This document shows positions 57,887 through 64,000 of a DNA stretch of 64,000 nucleotides, piece after piece. The notes below the pieces were generated by a model. The model did no database searches. It saw only the letters and a program-made list of their open reading frames with translations, and was not told the origin of the DNA. A program made the translations under genes and the position numbers. The first letter of the stretch is position 1. Every line of letters starts with the position of its first letter. The stretch lies in contig DASRMG010000107.1 of assembly GCA_035648035.1 (NCBI GenBank), positions 1,046-65,045 of the forward strand, written 5' to 3'. This DNA comes from Desulfosporosinus sp. (GTDB lineage: Bacteria; Bacillota; Desulfitobacteriia; Desulfitobacteriales; Desulfitobacteriaceae).

Positions 57887-59563
57887 ATGTTTGGAAAAAG
57901 GATACGCCATATTAAACGCTATCGTGATGTTGCTAAGGTCCTCACTCACCACGGGTTTGGTTTTTTTGTGGAAGAGATGGGGCTTTTACATATGCTTTCC
58001 CTGCCTAAGCGGCTCTTCACGGATACAGAGAAAATGGATCCGATGACGGTCGGGGCACGAATTAGACGGGTTATTGAGGAGCTTGGACCCACTTATGTTA
58101 AAATTGGGCAGATTGCAAGTACTCGCGCGGACATCATACCGGAAGAAATTCTGAAGGAACTGGAAAAACTTCAAGATGATGTTCCCTCATTTTCCTTTGA
58201 TCAGGTTACGAGAATTATTGAAGAGAAACTGGGATCGCCTTTGAACGAAGTGTTTTCGTGGATTGATGAAGAGGCGATTGCGGCAGCTTCCATTGGTCAG
58301 GTTCATCGAGCGCAATTGCGGACTGGGGAGTTGGTTGCTGTAAAGGTGCAACGCCCGGGGATCAAGGCTATTATCGAAACTGATTTGGAAATTCTTCTGG
58401 ATTTGGCTACGCTCGCGGAACGCCGTATGGAGCGGATGGAACGACTGCAATTGCGAGATGTCGTTGAGGAGTTTGCCAAGTCGCTACGTAATGAGCTGGA
58501 TTATAGTATTGAGGCGAGAAATGCTGAGAAAATTGCCAAACAGTTTAAGAAGGATCCCACGATTCATATACCTGCGATTTATTGGGATTACTCAACTCGA
58601 ACGGTACTTACGATGGAATTTGTGCAAGGATTGAAACTCACACAGTTTGAGGAAATCGAAAAAATGGGGTATGACCGAAAAGCTATTGCAGAACATCTGG
58701 TTCAGTCGGTCTTTCAGCAGGTATTAATCGAGGGGTTTTTCCATGCTGATCCGCATCCAGGAAATATTTTCTTATTAAGCGAGGGCGTTATCTCGTTGAT
58801 CGATTTCGGCATGGTCGGAAGGCTCACGGCAGATATGAAGCAAAACTTGGCGTCTATGGTCATTGCTATGATGCGCCAGAATACGGAGAGTATGCTTAAA
58901 GCTGTTTTAAGAATCGGCATCGTTCCGGATGAAGTCAATCTACCCCTGTTGACGAGTGATGTGGACGAGCTACGGGAATTGTACGTGGATGTTCCGATGA
59001 GTCGTATTAGTCTAGGTGAGGCGATTAGTAATCTATTTAAAGTGGCGTTTCGGCACCGAATACGAATTCCAGCAGATTTCACCTTACTGGCAAAGTGTTT
59101 TTTGACTCTGGAAGGGATTGTGGAAAAACTCGATCCCCAACTAAGTATGATGGATATGGCGGAACCGTTTGGAATTCGACTGCTTAAGGAACGCTACAGA
59201 CCCAGTACGATCGCGGATAGGGTATGGCACAATCTCACAGATTATAGTGATCTGTTGGTGGATCTTCCCAAACAATTGAAGGATTTAATGGGTAACCTAG
59301 TCAAAGGACGGATTCGCTTAGAAGTCAGTGTTCCAGAACTTGATATTTTTTTAAAGAAGTTAGACCGTATTACGAATCAGATTTCCTTTAGTATTGTTTT
59401 GCTCGCGTTTAGTATTGTTATGGCAGGGGTCGTTATAGCCTCGGCTTTGGGTAACCAGCCCATTTTACTTTGGCATATTCCGGCCATTGAGGTAGGGTTC
59501 TCGATGGCTACTCTCATGTTGCTTTGGCTGTTCATCTCTATTTTTAAATCTGGGAAGTTTTAG
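57887..59563 (+). CDS. ABC1/AarF/UbiB atypical kinase
   Basis: LGPTYVKIGQ, AAASIGQVH, VAVKVQRP, ELDY, FHADPHPGN, DFGMVG. Confidence 0.93.
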   Translation: MFGKRIRHIKRYRDVAKVLTHHGFGFFVEEMGLLHMLSLPKRLFTDTEKMDPMTVGARIRRVIEELGPTYVKIGQIASTRADIIPEEILKELEKLQDDVPSFSFDQVTRIIEEKLGSPLNEVFSWIDEEAIAAASIGQVHRAQLRTGELVAVKVQRPGIKAIIETDLEILLDLATLAERRMERMERLQLRDVVEEFAKSLRNELDYSIEARNAEKIAKQFKKDPTIHIPAIYWDYSTRTVLTMEFVQGLKLTQFEEIEKMGYDRKAIAEHLVQSVFQQVLIEGFFHADPHPGNIFLLSEGVISLIDFGMVGRLTADMKQNLASMVIAMMRQNTESMLKAVLRIGIVPDEVNLPLLTSDVDELRELYVDVPMSRISLGEAISNLFKVAFRHRIRIPADFTLLAKCFLTLEGIVEKLDPQLSMMDMAEPFGIRLLKERYRPSTIADRVWHNLTDYSDLLVDLPKQLKDLMGNLVKGRIRLEVSVPELDIFLKKLDRITNQISFSIVLLAFSIVMAGVVIASALGNQPILLWHIPAIEVGFSMATLMLLWLFISIFKSGKF

Positions 59564-59605
59564 TTTTGGCATCGTTGGGGAAACCTATTCCTGAGGTGAA
59601 GAATA

Positions 59606-60649
59606 ATGTCGTTAGAATTCATACCGACTCGTGTATTTTACGAGCCAGGTGCCCTTGAGTATCCTTTAGGTAAAATTCTAGTGCAACGATTTGGGCAGAT
59701 GGGGATCAATTTGACTCCTACCACATCTCATAACAGAATTACGGGGATTCCAGGTGATACTCCAGCGGCTGCGTATCGAGAAGCCAAGCGGACATTGGTG
59801 ATCGGAGTGCGTCGCGGTAAGACGTTTCAATCCTGTAAACCGTCTGCCCATTATCAGTTGCCACTGGTTACCAGTTGCCCAGGCATGTGTGAATATTGTT
59901 ATTTGGCCACAACGCTAGGAAAAAAACCTTATGTGCGGGTTTATGTTAATCTTGAAGAAATACTGGGTATTGCTTCGAACCTGATTGAGGAACGACTGCC
60001 AGAGATCACTCAGTTTGAAGGGGCCGCAACCTCAGATCCAATTCCAGTGGAGCGATATACTGGTGCCTTGAAGCAGACCATTGAGTTTTTTGGACGTGAG
60101 CCTAGCGGCCGTTTTCGTTTTGTCACGAAGTATACAGATGTAGAAAGTCTCCTTGAGGCGAAACATGAAGGTCATACTCGGTTTCGCTTTAGTTTGAATT
60201 GTACTGAAGTCGTGAAGAAGTATGAGCATGGAACGCCGTCTCCGGAAGAACGGATTATCGCTTCTGGTAAAGTGTTAGAAGCGGCGTATCCCTTAGGCTT
60301 TATTATTGCTCCCATTTTCAGGTTCGAAGGATGGCAAGAGGCGTATCAAAGACTCATGGAGCGCTCAGCGGAGGAATTGGCAAAAAGGGCACCGGCGGGT
60401 TGGACGTCCGAGCAATTAACACTGGAATTTATCTCACACCGTTTTACCTCCAAAGCTAAAACGACTATTTTAGAGGTTTTCCCGAACTCCTCCTTACCCA
60501 TGGAAGAGGAGGCGCGAAAGTTCAAATATGGTCAGTTTGGCTATGGGAAATATATTTACCAACCGGAGCAAATGAAGGAAATGAAAGAGTTTTTCCAAGC
60601 GCAAGCCAAGCAATATTTCCCCTTAGCCCAAGTGGAGTATTTTATTTAA
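59606..60649 (+). CDS. splB: Spore photoproduct lyase
   Basis: TTSHNRI, KPSA.YQLP, CPGMCEYCYL, FRFVTK, KYGQFGYGKY. Confidence 0.95.
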   Translation: MSLEFIPTRVFYEPGALEYPLGKILVQRFGQMGINLTPTTSHNRITGIPGDTPAAAYREAKRTLVIGVRRGKTFQSCKPSAHYQLPLVTSCPGMCEYCYLATTLGKKPYVRVYVNLEEILGIASNLIEERLPEITQFEGAATSDPIPVERYTGALKQTIEFFGREPSGRFRFVTKYTDVESLLEAKHEGHTRFRFSLNCTEVVKKYEHGTPSPEERIIASGKVLEAAYPLGFIIAPIFRFEGWQEAYQRLMERSAEELAKRAPAGWTSEQLTLEFISHRFTSKAKTTILEVFPNSSLPMEEEARKFKYGQFGYGKYIYQPEQMKEMKEFFQAQAKQYFPLAQVEYFI

Positions 60650-60682
60650 TCGTATGAGCTTAGTCCCCATATATAAGCTATA

Positions 60683-60728
60683 AGACAGAGAAGTTGTTGG
60701 CCTAAGAGGCCAACAACTTCTCTGTCTA
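60683..60728. terminator. Bidirectional terminator
   Basis: AGACAGAGAAGTTGTTGGCC / GGCCAACAACTTCTCTGTCT. Confidence 0.8.
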
Positions 60729-60732
60729 TACT

Positions 60733-60903
60733 TTATCCGAGAATTGGGACATTCGGTTCATTGTACCAAATTGAGATGACAGTAGCAGTCCCTGTGCTCT
60801 GCGTAATGTTGACAACCTTGAGCCAGCTGTTGTCCTCTAACCATTGAGTGATGGTTTTCTCTAATATTCGAGAATCAGGGGAACTAAAAATCTTGACCTT
60901 CAT
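60733..60903 (-). CDS. Small hypothetical protein (Cse60/DUF2758-like)
   Basis: AAAGGA RBS; MKVKIFSSPDSRILEKTITQWLE... pattern. Confidence 0.6.
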   Translation of the reverse strand: MKVKIFSSPDSRILEKTITQWLEDNSWLKVVNITQSTGTATVISIWYNEPNVPILG

Positions 60904-61118
60904 CAATATTCGTCCTTTCTGTGCCTCTCTATCTCTTATCATAAGTAAGTCGTAGGGATTGTCAACCACGCTTTGTTCATTAATTGGTTGATAGTCATTT
61001 GAATATATATAATCTTAATATAAAAATCACACTTTAAACATGTATTTAGTCTGGAAATCTGTATAATAAATATAGACATGATAAAAGATTAAATGGGTCA
61101 TGTGAGAGGGAGTTAGAG

Positions 61119-61307
61119 ATGTTTGGTTTAGTATTAATCTTGCTTTGTATTGGTGCTTATTTGCATTATAAGCAACAGGCATGTGGTTGCCATCCTCATA
61201 CTCCAAAACAGTCTCATGGAGATGCACTCAACATAGTTCGAGCACGCTATGCCCGTGGTGAGATGACTCGTGAAGAATTTAATGAACGAAACAAAACCTT
61301 AGAATAG
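61119..61307 (+). CDS. SHOCT-domain membrane protein
   Basis: TM helix + ALNIVRARYARGEMTREEF. Confidence 0.82.
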   Translation: MFGLVLILLCIGAYLHYKQQACGCHPHTPKQSHGDALNIVRARYARGEMTREEFNERNKTLE

Positions 61308-61319
61308 GGGGAATGAAAA

Positions 61320-61619
61320 ATGATACATGGAAATGAGCCAATGATTCGTGGGTATGGTCATGGTCTTATGGCAAATGGACAGTATGGATGGATGGGATTA
61401 CTCCCAGTAATGTGTCACTTGATTTTCTTCATAATAATTGTTGTCATCGCGGTCATTCTTTTGCGCCGACATGGTTCAAAGGTGCGCATGATGGAAAAAC
61501 AAAATGATCCAGCTTTATTGATCCTGCGTGAGCGATATGCTCTAGGGGAAATTGACTCAGATGACTATAATACAAGAAAACAAGATCTTTCACCGAATTC
61601 TCCAGTGGTCAAAAAATAA
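61320..61619 (+). CDS. SHOCT-domain membrane protein
   Basis: Gly/Met-rich N-terminus, TM helix, ILRERYALGEIDSDDY. Confidence 0.85.
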   Translation: MIHGNEPMIRGYGHGLMANGQYGWMGLLPVMCHLIFFIIIVVIAVILLRRHGSKVRMMEKQNDPALLILRERYALGEIDSDDYNTRKQDLSPNSPVVKK

Positions 61620-61717
61620 GGTTGTAACCACCTTACCTACATGATGGCGTTCGCCTAGAGATGTGATCAAACGTGTTGTTTGACCACATCTCTACTAATT
61701 TATGAGTCCTTCTTGCG

Positions 61718-62713
61718 TCAGAGTTTAATCACAAACTGTGCGGTATAAAAGGTATCCTTTGGGTTTGCATTGGGCGCAATTTCAACCGTTATATAATCTA
61801 GCACGTGGGACTTGGCTAAGGGGATGGACATTGAAAAGTTACCTTGCTTATCCACACTAATTGATTGAGCATTGACCTTACCTGCGGGTGTAGATATGTA
61901 ATACCCCCTGCCCTGCGGCTTAGCGAAGAAATGTAAGGTATCCCAAGAAGGATCAGAATAGGAATGAGTTTGTAACAGTTGTTCTTTGGTCTTGCGCTGG
62001 GGGAGTGGCTCGGTAACCCCATAAATTCCTGTGATTTGATAGCCTTTATCGATACGGCCTTTTAGGGTTACGGTGGATCCAGGAATGGCAGTCGGTGGAA
62101 GTGGCGTGATGTCAGAATAATGATTGGTAAATTCTTGGGCCATGGCCACCCCGTATTTACCAACCACAATGGCTACGCCAACTCCGGTATGATGAGGATC
62201 TAAAATATTTTTTCTGTGGCCATCATTAGGTGGGAGCTCGTTAACCATGGCAGATTGATGTTCAGCAACAATCGTTTGGAGTTGTTCTTTCGAGACGCCC
62301 TGAAAGCCTCCTTGTGGCCAAAGCGTCACGCTTTGGTTTTCATCCACCGCATCCAGTCCACCGGCCAATGTATAGCGGCGCTGTGGCTTTAACCCATCCA
62401 ATCCCCAGTGACTAATAAAGCCATTATTCGCTTCGTCGGAGACCTGTTGGCGGGCTGCTTTGGCGGCCGTTTCATCCCACTTAACTTGGGGAAGACCTGC
62501 TTTGAGTCGGTCTTCATTGATCAGGTCAACAACCACTCGCTCAATCTGAGTCATGTCATCTGGTGTGGTTTTAGAAGAGGGGGAAAGCGGTAGCGGAAGA
62601 TCAACGAGCCCTTGGCGGATTTCTGCAGCGTTAGGTAAGGACACTATTTTATTACAGCCTAAGTTTAAAATGAGCAAACTAAACGCGATGATCCAGAGAA
62701 TATGTTTGGGCAC
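61718..62713 (-). CDS. CAP/SCP-domain lipoprotein
   Basis: Lipobox-like NLGC; INEDR..AGL, FISHW, GHRKNILDP....VGVAI. Confidence 0.85.
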   Translation of the reverse strand: MPKHILWIIAFSLLILNLGCNKIVSLPNAAEIRQGLVDLPLPLSPSSKTTPDDMTQIERVVVDLINEDRLKAGLPQVKWDETAAKAARQQVSDEANNGFISHWGLDGLKPQRRYTLAGGLDAVDENQSVTLWPQGGFQGVSKEQLQTIVAEHQSAMVNELPPNDGHRKNILDPHHTGVGVAIVVGKYGVAMAQEFTNHYSDITPLPPTAIPGSTVTLKGRIDKGYQITGIYGVTEPLPQRKTKEQLLQTHSYSDPSWDTLHFFAKPQGRGYYISTPAGKVNAQSISVDKQGNFSMSIPLAKSHVLDYITVEIAPNANPKDTFYTAQFVIKL

Positions 62714-62902
62714 ATTGAACCTCCTCGATTGATTTCATTAATTATTACTACTACTACTACGTTAACTTACTTTCTCAAAGAATGCCATCTGATTAATGGT
62801 AAATACAAAGTTAATCTGCCTGCTGGGTATTCTGTCCTGAAATATAGTATATATTATGGACAGGATGAATGTATTATCTTTGGATACACTATCCTTGAGG
62901 TG

Positions 62903-63109
62903 ATGAGCATGCCCAGAAGAGATGGCAATAAAGATCAAAAAGAAGACCTAAAGAAACTAGATTTGACGATTCAAAACATCCATAAAAACGAAGAGTTTTT
63001 AGCAGAAAATGCAGGGGAACTTACCCCACACCAAATTAAGGATGTTAAAGAACATTTGGCCTCGAAGAAGAAACACCTCTATGAAACGGATGGTACGATC
63101 AGATACTAA
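62903..63109 (+). CDS. Tlp-like small acid-soluble spore protein (possibly degenerate)
   Basis: GAGGTG RBS; KKLDLTIQNIHKNEEFLAENAGELT resembles Tlp; the ORF-track 5' extension is unlikely to be coding. Confidence 0.55.
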   Translation: MSMPRRDGNKDQKEDLKKLDLTIQNIHKNEEFLAENAGELTPHQIKDVKEHLASKKKHLYETDGTIRY

Positions 63110-63242
63110 TAGTTCTATTAAATAGGAGCGCATGCGCTCCTATTATTTTTACTCAATTCAGGTAGAAAATGATATAATTCGTAGATAGTTCAATTTTATC
63201 TTAATAAGATGAGAATCAATAAATTCTTTGATAGGAGCGCCT

Positions 63243-64000
63243 ATGATTGGTTGGAGAATTATCAAGACAGGGATCGCAGTTGCCATTTGTATTTGGATTG
63301 CCCAATTGCTGAATTTTGAATACCCGTTTTATAGTGCTATCGCAGCTGTTATAGCCATGCAGGCAACCATTGAAGGATCCATGAAGACGGGATTTAACCG
63401 GATGAAGGGAACCCTTGTTGGTGCTGTAACGGGCTATGTTTTTGCTTTAGCAGCGGTAAACAGCCCTTGGTGGACAGGGTTAGGTCTTATTGTTACCATG
63501 ACCATCGTTAAATTCATGAAATGGCAAGAAGCCATGAGTATTGCCAGTATTGTGTTTATCTCTATTTCAGTTCAACTAACTGGTAAACCACTGGACTACG
63601 CAGTCAATAGAATCATTGATACAGCCTTAGGAATTATCATTGCTTATTTAGTGAATCGTTTAGTTTTTCCACCTCGTTATCACAAAGAGACGGAAAAGAG
63701 TTTTCAAGATGCTAGGCATCATGTTATTCGTTTATATAAGACGGCCTTTAGAGCACTTCTAGACGTTCAGATCAAAGTGGAAGAAGGAGAGTTGGACAAA
63801 TTAATAGAAGATTTGGAAGAGGCTAAGGCGTTTGTGGCTTTAGTACAGAAAGATCCTGCCTCAAAGAAAAGTGGTGAAGTTCAATTTTATGAACGCTATG
63901 TTAATCCGCTGACCCGTTTGGATCAGATGAAGATGACTGTTGAACAAATGATTCATCTCCGACAAGTTTGGAACTTTCCTATTTCATCTAAACTTCATAC
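63243..64000 (+). CDS. Aromatic acid exporter / FUSC family membrane protein, 3'-truncated by window edge
   Basis: AGGAG RBS; MIGWRIIKTGIAVAICIWIA...PFYSAIAAVIAMQ...RIIDTALG...VFPP; not in ORF track because it has no stop in the window. Confidence 0.88.
   Translation, partial: MIGWRIIKTGIAVAICIWIAQLLNFEYPFYSAIAAVIAMQATIEGSMKTGFNRMKGTLVGAVTGYVFALAAVNSPWWTGLGLIVTMTIVKFMKWQEAMSIASIVFISISVQLTGKPLDYAVNRIIDTALGIIIAYLVNRLVFPPRYHKETEKSFQDARHHVIRLYKTAFRALLDVQIKVEEGELDKLIEDLEEAKAFVALVQKDPASKKSGEVQFYERYVNPLTRLDQMKMTVEQMIHLRQVWNFPISSKLH

Noticed and set aside
62702-62902. 5' extension of ORF 62702..63109
   Set aside because: Overlaps the divergent CAP gene start and promoter region; the RBS lies just before 62903/62909.

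Overview
Chromosomal segment of a spore-forming anaerobic Firmicute; gene content (SplB, Tlp-like protein, Cob genes, TauE, sigma-54 regulator) suggests a Desulfosporosinus/Desulfitobacterium-like organism (inference). Housekeeping content: cobT-cobU-cobS under a cobalamin riboswitch, asnB, hom under an S-box riboswitch, cysK, a sigma-54-controlled C4-dicarboxylate module (sdh/frdCAB + malic enzyme; SLC13 transporter + two-subunit fumarase), a polyphosphate cluster (ppk1, ppk2, two Ppx homologues) and splB. Two accessory loci stand out. (1) 39.5-49.2 kb: a tightly coupled 10-gene operon (XRE, UbiA, flavin oxidoreductase, ACP, SPT-like alpha-oxoamine synthase, DAG/sphingosine kinase, ThiL-like kinase, FabF, NAD-dependent reductase, radical SAM) that looks like an undescribed amino-lipid/sphingoid pathway, possibly making a lipid diphosphate for UbiA transfer. 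(2) 17.5-22.3 kb: a coiled-coil protein + McrB-like GTPase + DUF2357/PD-(D/E)XK nuclease (CoCoNuT-like defence system) with an in-frame 12-bp tandem repeat. Several gene remnants not in the ORF track (CheR, NmrA-like) and a decayed aminotransferase were also found. No rRNA, tRNA, CRISPR array or intact mobile element was seen. All family assignments are from motif recognition by eye, not database searches.
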